Below, in pieces: positions 37,512 through 47,200 of a DNA stretch of 64,000 nt (position 1 is its first letter; every line of letters starts with the position of its first letter). The notes beneath the pieces were generated by a model. That model made no database searches, was not told the DNA's origin, and worked only from the letters and a program-made list of their open reading frames with translations. Position numbers and translations under genes: made by a program. Source of the stretch: Candidatus Aminicenantes bacterium (lineage in GTDB: Bacteria; Acidobacteriota; Aminicenantia; Aminicenantales; JAFGBC01); NCBI GenBank assembly GCA_963702005.1, contig OY969696.1:2408172-2472171 (forward strand), read 5' to 3'.

Positions 37512-38726
37512 GTGGATAATGAGGGGCCAGGATCGGATATGTTCGAAGACGCGGCGGGACGGCTTAAAGCGAACCTGGGAAAGATCTACCTCTATAAGTT
37601 CCTGGGAGACGCCTGGATCATCGCGCCCATCCTGATCCCGTTCTATATGTCGAACGGTCTGAATTCGACGCAGGTCTTCACCATCCAGGCGGCCTATGCG
37701 CTGTCCATTCTCCTTTTCGAGGTTCCTTCCGGCTACCTGGCGGACGTCATCGGGCGGCGCGGGACGCTCATCTTGGGAGCGGCCCTGCTGCCGGCCGGCG
37801 TTGCGGTCTATGCCTTCACGGACCGGTTCTGGACCTTCGTGCTGGCCGAATTCGTGATCGCCGTCGGGAACAGCATGCGATCCGGGTCGGATTCGGCTTT
37901 CATCTACGACACGCTGATCCGGCTGGGACAGGAAAGCCGGTACAAGGCGTTCGAGGGCAAGGCCTTCTTTTTTTCCAGGCTGGGATCCTCGCTGTCGGCC
38001 GTCCTGGGGGGCGTCCTGGCGGCATCCTCGCTCCGGCTCCCGTTCTACGTCAACATCGCCGCCGCGGCCTTGATGCTGCCCCTGGCCCTGTCCCTCGTCG
38101 AGCCCGAGCGGACAAAAATTGAGTCTCCCCATCCCTTCCGCGATATCCTCGGCGTCTGCCGGATCATGTTAACTCACCCCCGCCTCCGGCCCCTTGTCCT
38201 TTTAACGGCTCTGATCATGAGCACGGGGATCGTCGGGCTCTGGTCCTATTTTCTCTACTACCGGGCCTTGGGCATCGGCATCGGCTATTTCGGAGTTCTG
38301 TTCGCCCTGTCCCAACTGGCCGGCGCGGCCGGTTCGAAAAGCGCTCATCGCTTGGAGGCCCGCTTCGGCCCCAAGTGGGGCCTCCTGATCATCCTCCCGA
38401 TCGGGTTGAATTTCTTTATTCTCGGGCTCGTCGGCTCCCTCTGGGTGTTTCCGGCCATCCTCCTCAACCTGTTCCTTTGGGGCTATTCGTTTCCGGTCCT
38501 GCTCGACCGCATGAACCGGCGGATCGCCTCCCAGGTCAGGGCCACCGCCCTCTCGCTGGCGTCCATGGCCGGAAGCCTGGCCTTCGCTCTTCTCTCCCCC
38601 GCTTTCGGCCGCATCGTGGATGCCGTCTCTCTGCGTGCCGCTTATTTCGTCCTGTCCGGAATTTTTTTGGGCGGGACGCTGCTCCTCCTGGCGATCCTGC
38701 TCAGACCTTGTCCTGAGGGTTCCTAG
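37512..38726 (+). CDS. MFS transporter.
   Basis: About 12 TM helices and an MFS motif-A-like loop (GYLADVIGRRGT). Confidence 0.75.
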   Translation: MDNEGPGSDMFEDAAGRLKANLGKIYLYKFLGDAWIIAPILIPFYMSNGLNSTQVFTIQAAYALSILLFEVPSGYLADVIGRRGTLILGAALLPAGVAVYAFTDRFWTFVLAEFVIAVGNSMRSGSDSAFIYDTLIRLGQESRYKAFEGKAFFFSRLGSSLSAVLGGVLAASSLRLPFYVNIAAAALMLPLALSLVEPERTKIESPHPFRDILGVCRIMLTHPRLRPLVLLTALIMSTGIVGLWSYFLYYRALGIGIGYFGVLFALSQLAGAAGSKSAHRLEARFGPKWGLLIILPIGLNFFILGLVGSLWVFPAILLNLFLWGYSFPVLLDRMNRRIASQVRATALSLASMAGSLAFALLSPAFGRIVDAVSLRAAYFVLSGIFLGGTLLLLAILLRPCPEGS

Positions 38727-38820
38727 GACGCGTTTTCCGGCGGCGGTTGCCGTCCGGAAGGCGCCGATGATACAATTCGCCCTGTCCGGAGGGGATATGC
38801 GCGTTCGAAAGGAGACGGCC

Positions 38821-40662
38821 ATGCCTCAAAGCAGGATATTCACGGTTTTTATCGCGGCGGCCGGGATTCTTCTGATCCAGCCGGGGGCTCGATTTTTATC
38901 CGCGGGGGAGGAAAGCGGCGGCGAACCCGCTGTCACCCTAATCAAAAACGTCAGGATCTTTGACGGGGAGCGCACCCTCGAGAAGGGGAGCGTCCTTTTC
39001 CGGGGCGGGACGATCGCCTCGGTCGGCCGAGACATCGCCGTCCCTCCCGGGGCCGAGGTCGTCGACGGAGCCGGGAAAACGCTCTTGCCCGGCCTCATCG
39101 ATTCCCACGTCCATGCCTTCGGGAACGCCCTCGAACACGCCCTCGTATTCGGCGTCACGACCGAGATCGACATGTTCACGGACCTGGGCTTCCTCCGCGA
39201 GGCCAGGGCCCGCCAGGCCGAGGGGAAGAGCCTCGACCGCGCCGACATCGTCTCTTCGGGAACGCTGATCACGGCGCCGGGCGGGCATGGAACCGAATAC
39301 GGCATCCCTATCCCGACTATCCGGAGCGCCGACGAAGCCCAAGCCTTCGTGGATGCCCGGATCGCCAAGGGGGCCGACTTCATCAAGATCATCTATGGAC
39401 CGCCCCCTCCCACGATCGACCCCGCGACATTGTCCGCCGTCATCGCGGCCGCTCATGCGCGGGGCAAGCTGGCCGCCGTCCATGCCCTGTCCTATGCGTC
39501 GGCCTTAGAGGCTGTCAAGGCGGGCGCCAATATCCTGGCCCATGTCTTCGCTGATAAACCCCCCGAGGACGAATTCATCAAATTGGCCGTCAAGAACCAT
39601 GTTGTCCTCATCCCGACGCTGACGGTAGTCGGGAGCTTGGCGGGTCGGCCCTTGGAGGACGGCTTCCTCAATGACCCGGGCCTCGAGCCTTTCCTGGCCC
39701 CGGCCGATATCGGCCAGTTCAAGCAGACGTTCCCGGCCGGCCTCGCCAAAGGGATCGACTACAATACGGCGCTGAAGACCGTCGGTATCTTGAGTTCGGC
39801 CGGCGTCCCGATTCTGGCGGGCACCGACGCATCCAATCCGGGGACGGTTCACGGGGCCAGCCTCCATCTCGAGCTCGAGAGGCTTGTCGCCGCCGGGCTT
39901 GCGCCGGCCCGGGCGCTCGCTGCGGCCACGGCGGCCCCGGCCGCGGTCTTCAAGCTCAAGGACCGGGGCCGGATCGCGCCGGGTTTCCGCGCCGACCTGA
40001 TCCTGGTCGCGGGAAACCCCCTCGAGGACATCCGGGCGACGCGCCGGATCGAAGGGATCTGGAAGACCGGCGTCCGGTTTGATCGGACCCCGTACCGGAA
40101 CGAGGTCGAACGTCTGAGGGCCGAGGAGGCCAAGCAGAAAACGGCCGCGCCCCCGCTTGGTTCCGAGTCCGGACTCATCAGCGATTTCGAGGATGGAGCG
40201 ACCGGTTCACGCTTCGGGTTGGGCTGGGCGGTCTCGACGGATCGCTACGCGGGGGGGAAATCGACGGCCGCCCTCAAGGTCGTCGAGGGCGGGGCGAACG
40301 GCAGCCGGCGCTCCCTGTCCGTTTCCGGTGAAGTCGCTCCCGGCCTTGCTTATGCCTGGAGCGGCGCCATCTTTTTCCCTTCTTCCGTCCCGTTCGCGCC
40401 GGCCAACCTGTCCCATAAAAAAGAGTTGGCCTTCTGGGCCAAGGGCGATATCAAGATCCTTGCGGTCATGGTCAACCTTAAGGACAAGGGATTCATCCCG
40501 CTGACCGTTCCGGTTACAATCGGAGCGGACTGGCGGGAGTTCGCGATCCCCTTCACGGCGTTCGGAAACTCGGACGGCAGCAATATAACGGCCGTTTCGA
40601 TCGCCGCGGGACCCGAGCCGGGGCCGTTCGCGTTCCAAATCGACGAGGTGAGGCTGAAATGA
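38821..40662 (+). CDS. Secreted amidohydrolase-family metal-dependent hydrolase with an extra C-terminal CIA30/CBM-like beta-sandwich domain (~180 aa).
   Basis: RBS AGGAGA then the ATG at 38821, and a signal peptide. Amidohydrolase metal-binding HVH (DSHVHAF), and the C-terminal segment ...AFWAKGDIKILAVMVNLKDKGFIP...WREFAIPF... resembles CIA30-like domains. Confidence 0.65.
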   Translation: MPQSRIFTVFIAAAGILLIQPGARFLSAGEESGGEPAVTLIKNVRIFDGERTLEKGSVLFRGGTIASVGRDIAVPPGAEVVDGAGKTLLPGLIDSHVHAFGNALEHALVFGVTTEIDMFTDLGFLREARARQAEGKSLDRADIVSSGTLITAPGGHGTEYGIPIPTIRSADEAQAFVDARIAKGADFIKIIYGPPPPTIDPATLSAVIAAAHARGKLAAVHALSYASALEAVKAGANILAHVFADKPPEDEFIKLAVKNHVVLIPTLTVVGSLAGRPLEDGFLNDPGLEPFLAPADIGQFKQTFPAGLAKGIDYNTALKTVGILSSAGVPILAGTDASNPGTVHGASLHLELERLVAAGLAPARALAAATAAPAAVFKLKDRGRIAPGFRADLILVAGNPLEDIRATRRIEGIWKTGVRFDRTPYRNEVERLRAEEAKQKTAAPPLGSESGLISDFEDGATGSRFGLGWAVSTDRYAGGKSTAALKVVEGGANGSRRSLSVSGEVAPGLAYAWSGAIFFPSSVPFAPANLSHKKELAFWAKGDIKILAVMVNLKDKGFIPLTVPVTIGADWREFAIPFTAFGNSDGSNITAVSIAAGPEPGPFAFQIDEVRLK

Positions 40663-42128
40663 GAGCTCGACGAGCGGCCGCGCTGTTCGTCCTTCTTACC
40701 GTCGGGTTCGGCGCCGCATCCTGCGATTCCCGGGCGGCCTTGGCGCGGCGAAGGATCAAAGCCGTCGAGACCGGCCTGCTGCGCGCCGTGTTTTTTAAAG
40801 GCCAAAAACCCGAGGCCCTCAAGCTCCGCGACCGGATGGCCTTCTATCGCGTCCCGGCCGTCAGTATCGCCGTCGTCGACGGGCTTAATCTGGAATGGGC
40901 CGAAGCCTACGGGACGAAAATTGCGGGCGGCGCCGATCCCGTGTCGGCAGAGACCCTCTTCCAGGCCGGCGCGCTCAGCCAGCCTCCGGCGGCGGCCGCC
41001 GCCCTCCGCTTCGTCGAACAGGGCCGGCTCGGCCTCGACGCCGACGTCAATGCCGTCCTTCGCCGCTGGCGGATTCCCCGGACCGGCCTGACCGCCCGCG
41101 TTCCCGTGACGCTCGGCGGCGTGCTGAGCCACAGCGCGGGATTCGGGGAACTGGTTCTGGCCGGGACTGCGCCGGGCAGGCCCGGTCCGGACCTGCTTCA
41201 GGTCCTGAACGGGGAGCGGCCGGCCGGCAATCCGGTCGTGCAGCCCGTGGTCGAGCCGGGGACGCGCGACCTCTTTTCAGAGTCGGGCTTCGCCGTCCTC
41301 GAGGAGATTCTGATCGAAGTCGACGAAAAGCCGTTTCCTGCTCTCATGAAAGAGACCATCCTGGATCCGGCCGGCATGTCCCGCAGCAGCTATGAATCGC
41401 CGCTTCCCGAAGCGTGGCGGAGTCGGGCCGCCTCGGGCCATCTCCGCGACGGCCGGATGATCGAAGGCGGCTGGCTGGATTATCCGGCGCTGGCCGCCAA
41501 GGGGCTTTGGACGACGCCGTCCGACCTGGCCGTCTTCGGAGCCGAGATCATGGAAGCGGCCATGGGCAAGCCGTCCCGGTTGCTGGGGGAGGCTGCCGCG
41601 AGGGCCATGCTGACGCCCCGGGCAGGCGTTCGCGGACTCGGGTTCGTCGTCGAAGGCCGCACGCGGGAGAGACTCCTGATCAGCCTCGAGGGACGGACCG
41701 ATGGGTTCTCCTCGATGCTCGTCATGATCCCGGACAAAGGGCAGGCCGCCGTCGTCATGGCCAACAGCGATAACGGGGAATTCTTGATCGACGAGATCCT
41801 CCGGGCGCTGTCCGCGGCTTACCGTTGGCCCTATTTCAAGCCCGAGGAGAAGCCCCTCTATCGGCTCGACCCGGCCGTCATCCGCGACTACCTGGGGCGC
41901 TTTCGGATCACGCCCCAGTCTATTCTGGAGGTCGCCGCCGAGGACCCCTGCCTCGTCATCGCGCCGACCGGCCAAGCCAAAACCAAGTTCTACGCGGACA
42001 GCGAGTCCGTCTTCTTCTCGATCGATCCGCCCGCCCGGGTCCGCTTCCAAAGGGACGCGGCCGGCCGGGTCGACCGGCTGATTCTGATCCAAGGCCGTTC
42101 CATCCAGGAAGCCCTCCGGATCGACTGA
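40659..42128 (+). CDS. Beta-lactamase-family (class C/PBP-like) serine hydrolase, secreted or lipoprotein; the SxxK motif appears atypical (S-Q-P-P).
   Basis: The ETLFQAGALSQPPAAAAAL region aligns to the F-x-x-GS-x-x-K nucleophile motif but lacks the Lys. 489 aa, overlapping the upstream gene by 4 nt. Confidence 0.6.
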   Translation: MRARRAAALFVLLTVGFGAASCDSRAALARRRIKAVETGLLRAVFFKGQKPEALKLRDRMAFYRVPAVSIAVVDGLNLEWAEAYGTKIAGGADPVSAETLFQAGALSQPPAAAAALRFVEQGRLGLDADVNAVLRRWRIPRTGLTARVPVTLGGVLSHSAGFGELVLAGTAPGRPGPDLLQVLNGERPAGNPVVQPVVEPGTRDLFSESGFAVLEEILIEVDEKPFPALMKETILDPAGMSRSSYESPLPEAWRSRAASGHLRDGRMIEGGWLDYPALAAKGLWTTPSDLAVFGAEIMEAAMGKPSRLLGEAAARAMLTPRAGVRGLGFVVEGRTRERLLISLEGRTDGFSSMLVMIPDKGQAAVVMANSDNGEFLIDEILRALSAAYRWPYFKPEEKPLYRLDPAVIRDYLGRFRITPQSILEVAAEDPCLVIAPTGQAKTKFYADSESVFFSIDPPARVRFQRDAAGRVDRLILIQGRSIQEALRID

Positions 42129-42158
42129 GACCGCATTTCCACAGATAAAAATTTTATA

Positions 42159-42240
42159 CTAAGGCTTTAAAAGCGGATCTGAAGCGACCAGCGTTAAAAA
42201 CCCGAAGGGGAGCGAAGACCGCTTTTAAAGCCTTAGTACT
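42159..42240. repeat. Perfect 20-bp inverted repeat (TACTAAGGCTTTAAAAGCGG ... CCGCTTTTAAAGCCTTAGTA) separated by a 42-nt loop, in the intergenic region.
   Basis: Read directly from the sequence; it is AT-richer than its surroundings and has no U-tract. Confidence 0.7.
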
Positions 42241-42313
42241 ACGGGCTTGCCCCGCGAAGGCCGCTGGACTACAATGATCGTCCCGGATCGTCGGTTCGGA
42301 CCGTGAGGTTTCC

Positions 42314-43078
42314 ATGAAAGCTCATTCCGTGGCGTTGCTTGGGGCGCTGGCCATCGGCCTGGCCGCCTGCGCGTCCGCTCCCAAGGCGCCCGCCCTGGAC
42401 AACGAGAAGAATCCCCAGTATCAGTACGATAAGGCCGTCATCTCCATGAACTACGGTCTCCCCGAGGAAGCCCTCCGCTACCTCGATCAGACCCTCGCTC
42501 TCGATCCCAGGTTCGCCAAAGCCCATCGGCTCAAGGGGATCATCCGCCTCCAGAATAAAGAGCCGGCGCTGGCCGCCGAGGCCTTCGCCCGATGGCTGGA
42601 GGTCGATCCCGGCTCCTCCGAAGGCCACCTCTATCTGGGGACGGCTTGCCAAGAGATGGGAGAGAGCGACCGGGCGGAGGCGGAATTCCGGGCTTCGTTC
42701 GAGGTCGACGGCAACGCCCCGGCCGCGTTCCGGCTCGGCAGGCTCCTGCTGGGGAAAGGGGACCTCGCCAAAGCTCTCGAGTACGCCGACCGCGCGATCG
42801 AGAAGGCGGGCAAGGAGAGCGACGGCTACAACCTCAAGGGCGTCATCCTCAACCAGACGGGGCGCTACCCCGAGGCCGTCGCGAGCTTCCAGGCGGCCCT
42901 CGCCCTGGCCCCCAACGATCCCAGCCTCATGGTCAATTTGGGCATCGCCTTCATCAACAACGGCGCGCACGATAAGGCCCGGACGCTGTTCGAGAAGGCC
43001 CTGCCGCTCCTCAAGGACCCGGCGCTCAGGGATAAGGTCCAGAATTACCTGAAGATGATCGACGGCCGGAAGACCTGA
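42314..43078 (+). CDS. TPR-repeat lipoprotein.
   Basis: Lipobox LAACAS and several 34-aa TPR-like repeats (…AEAFARWLEVDPGSSEGHLYLGTA…). Confidence 0.7.
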   Translation: MKAHSVALLGALAIGLAACASAPKAPALDNEKNPQYQYDKAVISMNYGLPEEALRYLDQTLALDPRFAKAHRLKGIIRLQNKEPALAAEAFARWLEVDPGSSEGHLYLGTACQEMGESDRAEAEFRASFEVDGNAPAAFRLGRLLLGKGDLAKALEYADRAIEKAGKESDGYNLKGVILNQTGRYPEAVASFQAALALAPNDPSLMVNLGIAFINNGAHDKARTLFEKALPLLKDPALRDKVQNYLKMIDGRKT

Positions 43079-43102
43079 GGGCGGCGCCGGCGGGGGGCCG
43101 GG

Positions 43103-44164
43103 TCAGTCGGCCCGGACAAGCGTCAAACGAACTTTCCGTTGTTTGTCGTCCCGAACGACCGTCAGAGTCACGACATCGCCGATCTGGCGGTTGTCGAGCG
43201 CCGAATAGAGATCGTCGTAGGAATGAACGGGGGCGCCGTCGACGGCCGTGATGACGTCCCTGATGTAGAGCTGTCCCTGGTTGTCGCGCCCGAGTCCGCG
43301 CAACCCGGCCCGGTAAGCTTCGCCGTTTTCGGGCAATCCGCGGATGATGACGCCGTCGATCCCGGCCCGCCGGGCATAGCGGTCGTCCAGCGGGGTGACG
43401 CCGATCCAGGGCCGGATGACCTTGCCGAAGCGGATGATCTCGGGGACGATCTTCTTGACCGTGTCGACCGGGACGGCGAACCCGATCCCGCTCGAGGCGC
43501 CCGACGGGGAGATGATCATCGTGTTCATCCCGATCAGGGCGCCCGTCGAATCGAGGAGAGGGCCGCCCGAGTTCCCGGGGTTGATCGAGGCGTCGGTCTG
43601 GATCATGTCCCGGATCGTGACGCCCCCCGCGCCCGGCATGCTCCGGCCCAGGGCGCTGACGATGCCGGTGGTGACCGTGTGGTCGAAGCCGAAGGGATTC
43701 CCGATGGCGATGACCTTCTGCCCGACCTGGAGGTCCTTCGAGGATCCGGCCCGAACGGGGAAGAGGGCCGACCGATCTCCTTCGATGAGGAGGACGGCTA
43801 TGTCCTTGTTGGGCTCCTTGCCGATGAGCCGGGCCCGCCGTTCCTGCTGGTTGGGAAGGGTCACGTTGAAAATGTCGCCGTCCTCGATGACATGATAATT
43901 CGTGACGATGTGCCCCTGGTCGTCCCAGACGAAGCCGGACCCGCTGCCGCGCGGGACCTCCTCCTCGGACGAATAGAAGAAGTCGCGGACGAGCTGGATG
44001 TTCGTGACGAAGACCACGGAGTTCTGGAGCCGCTTGACGACCTCGATCGTGTTGCGCTCATCCTCGGTCAAGGCTGCCTGGGACAGGAGCGGGCCTGCCA
44101 AGAGCGCGAGCCCGGCGGCCGACAGGATGACCACGACAATTAAGCGTGCTTGTTTGGATCTCAT
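43103..44164 (-). CDS. htrA: Periplasmic serine endoprotease of the HtrA/DegP/DegQ family with a PDZ domain.
   Basis: Catalytic triad context TNYHV...DIAVL...GNSGGPL, and a C-terminal PDZ. Confidence 0.85.
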   Translation of the reverse strand: MRSKQARLIVVVILSAAGLALLAGPLLSQAALTEDERNTIEVVKRLQNSVVFVTNIQLVRDFFYSSEEEVPRGSGSGFVWDDQGHIVTNYHVIEDGDIFNVTLPNQQERRARLIGKEPNKDIAVLLIEGDRSALFPVRAGSSKDLQVGQKVIAIGNPFGFDHTVTTGIVSALGRSMPGAGGVTIRDMIQTDASINPGNSGGPLLDSTGALIGMNTMIISPSGASSGIGFAVPVDTVKKIVPEIIRFGKVIRPWIGVTPLDDRYARRAGIDGVIIRGLPENGEAYRAGLRGLGRDNQGQLYIRDVITAVDGAPVHSYDDLYSALDNRQIGDVVTLTVVRDDKQRKVRLTLVRAD

Positions 44165-44273
44165 GATGAAGTTAGCCTCTCAGCGAAACTGTAGCGGAAA
44201 GCAAGGCTCTTGACAAGACACCTTGCTTCCCAGGGGCCGGACGGCCCCCGCATTCGCGCGCCGGACGCGGATC

Positions 44274-47200
44274 TCAGCGGATGATCCGATAGACCTCCCG
44301 CCAGGACTTGATCTTGAGGTTGCTCTGGGCCACGATCGGCTGGGCCAGGACCTGGCTGGGCGGCTCAGGGCCTCCTCCCTCGCCGGGCTGCGTGTAGCTC
44401 TGGATGAAAACCTCGCGTTTGGTTTCGGTCCCGACTTTGGTGGATGTCCCGATCGTAACGGCCGAGCGAACCTTCTGGAGGGTGGCCAGTGACGCGATCG
44501 CCTGTCCGTTGACGTCGGTCAGGGCCGAGCTTCCCGCCCGCGACCCGGTCGTGTACCGGGCATAGATCTGGCCCGATCCGCTCAGGGTCAAGCAGGGGTT
44601 GATGTTCTCGATCGAGCCGTTGACCGTGGCGATGTAGACGATGCCGTCGGAAATGATGTCGTCGGCCCAGACTTTCTCGCCGGTGGCGAAGGTGCCTTGC
44701 TTGAGGCCGGCGTTAATGCCCAGGCCGGCCGCGTAGGCGTCGGTCCCGATGAACCATTCGACGGTCTGGACGCCGCCGGCGTCCCGGAGGGCGGTGAAGG
44801 AGTAGTCCGCGACCGCCGAGGCTTTTTCGTCGCCGCCCGTCCCGAAGTAGAGGTGGACGGAATGGTCCGAGGCGGAGAAGGAGATAGCCGGCTTGGTGAC
44901 GATGGGGTAGTTGAAGGGATCTGCGTAAATGACTTCCGGCTTCCAGCGGTTTGGGGCGTCGGATACGTCGATCTTCCAGATCCGTCCCAGCAGGTCCCCG
45001 AAATAGACGGCCTCGACCGCCCCGTCGTTATTCGTGTCGGCCAGGGCCGGCGAACCCGGGATCGTGTCCTGAATGCCGAACGGACTGGCCGGCTCTGGAT
45101 TTTTCCTGATTTCATCGTTGTAGAGGACCGCGCCGTTCTCGATATCCACGCAGTAGAAGTGGTTGCCCAGGTTGACGCTCGGGTCGCCGTCCGTGTCGTA
45201 GCCCGACCCGAAGAAGGCGACCCAGCGGCCCGTCGAGGGGAGCCTGCCGATGGCCGGCACCGACCAGGTTTCGCCGGTCGAGTCGGGATCGTTGAACTCC
45301 CAGAGGGGCTCGGGCGAGCTGGGGTCGGTCACATCGATACAGAAGTAATACCAGCCGTGGTCTTTGCCCCAGCCGGGCCCTTGCCCGCAGACGACCACGG
45401 TATGCCAGGCGTTGCCGAAGTAGACGTCGTGAATGGCGGGCGTCCCGTCGACGAAGTAGTGGTGGAAGAGGTATTCTCCGCAGTCCGGGTCCACGATCCG
45501 CATCTTCTTGAGCTTGTAGAGGAGGTTGTTGGGGATGAAGGCCCACTGCTCCTCGAGGGTCGCCGGATGGAAGCAGTGGAGCATGCCGTCGTTGGCTCCG
45601 ACCAGGATCGAGCGGGGTCGGTCGGCGTGGCTTGTCTTGAAATCGTCGTAGCCGTCCCCCATCAGAGAGGGGATTCCGGAGGGCGCTTCCAGGACCTGGG
45701 GTGAGGAATGGTTGATGTCGCCGAGCTTCCAGCTCCGGTTCCGGCCCAGGACGAACCTGATCAGGGGTTGGGTTTCGGGGCTTCCGATACCCAGGCCGAG
45801 GTAGGGCTCGAGGGCGCTGGCCTCGGAAACGTTGAAGTCGATGCGGTCGTTCATGATTCCGTCGACGTCCGCTGCATGGGCCGTGAAGACCTGTCGGCCG
45901 TCCCAGGAGGTCGCGGCTAGGACCTCGCCGGCGTCCTCGACGTAGCTGGCCCCGGCATTCTTGATCTCCTGGATGGTCGAACCCCGCTGATTGGTCAGGG
46001 TTATATTGGTCATATCCCAGGAGCGGAGATGGCCGCGCCAGGAGGGGAACTCGAAGGACGCGGCAAAGAGGACTTCTTCGTTTCCATTGTGACCGCTGTC
46101 GACTTCGGCATACGTGAAGGCATGCGATGTCCGCGAATATTCCCGTTTGTTAAGGTATTTATAATCGATCCGAATATGGACGATCCGGGGCGTTTTCGTT
46201 TCATCCGATGTGGTCAGGACGGCCTTCCAGCGGAGGAACCAGCCGGGGCTCTGGAACATGAATTCCGTCCCGGCGGTTACCGGACCTTCCCACAGGGGAT
46301 TGCCGTTCTCGTCGTTGCTGTTGGACATATAATAGGTAATCGTCGTCCCGGACGGATGGCTGTCCGACGAGGTCAACGTTGCCGCGACGACGGCGTGATC
46401 GGACGTCACGAACGAGCAGGGGAGGAGGTTGATCGAATAGACCGACCCATGGTCGACGTAGAGGGGGTAGGTGTCGTTCATGACGAAGTAGGTGTTATGG
46501 GAGTCGTTTCCGTCGGCGATGAAAAAGTCATAGTCCCCGTCATCGTCGTAGTCGCCGACGGCGAGAGAATCGAGGTCGCCCGAGTTCGAGATCTGGCTGC
46601 AGCTGGAAGGGACGCAGCCGCTGGTCAAGGTGTTGGTTCCGTCGTTTTTGAACCAGTAACAATAGCCGCCGGGCGTGTTATACCCGGCCGCGCCGTCGGT
46701 CGAAAGCAGGAGGTCCGGGAAGCCGTCGCTGTTGAAATCGGCCGCGCCCAGCGAGGAACACGAGCCGTGATTCTGCGGGATTTGAATAGTCTTGCTGCTG
46801 ACTTTGGTGAAGTTCCCCAATCCGTCGTTCCTGTAGAAGTAGACGTCGCGGGACTGGGAAGACCCGCAGTAAAAATCGAGGTCTCCGTCCCCGTCGAAGT
46901 CGGCGGCGGCGACGCCCGTGACGCCGTTCCGATAATTGGAATTATTCGGATAGGGGTTGATGGAGGTTGAAAGACGGGAGAAGACGCCAAGGCCGTTGTT
47001 GATGAAGATGACGACTTCGCCATATCGGGCCGTCGCCCAGCGAGAGCCGATCGCGACGATGAGGTCCAGGTCGCCGTCGCCGTCGATATCGACCGATTGG
47101 ATGCTGCTGTTCCACCGCCAGTGGTCGGTCGTTTGCCCGAATTCTCCCATCGAGTCGTTAATGACGTTTCCCAGGTCGGCGCTCGGCGTCGCAGAGAAGA

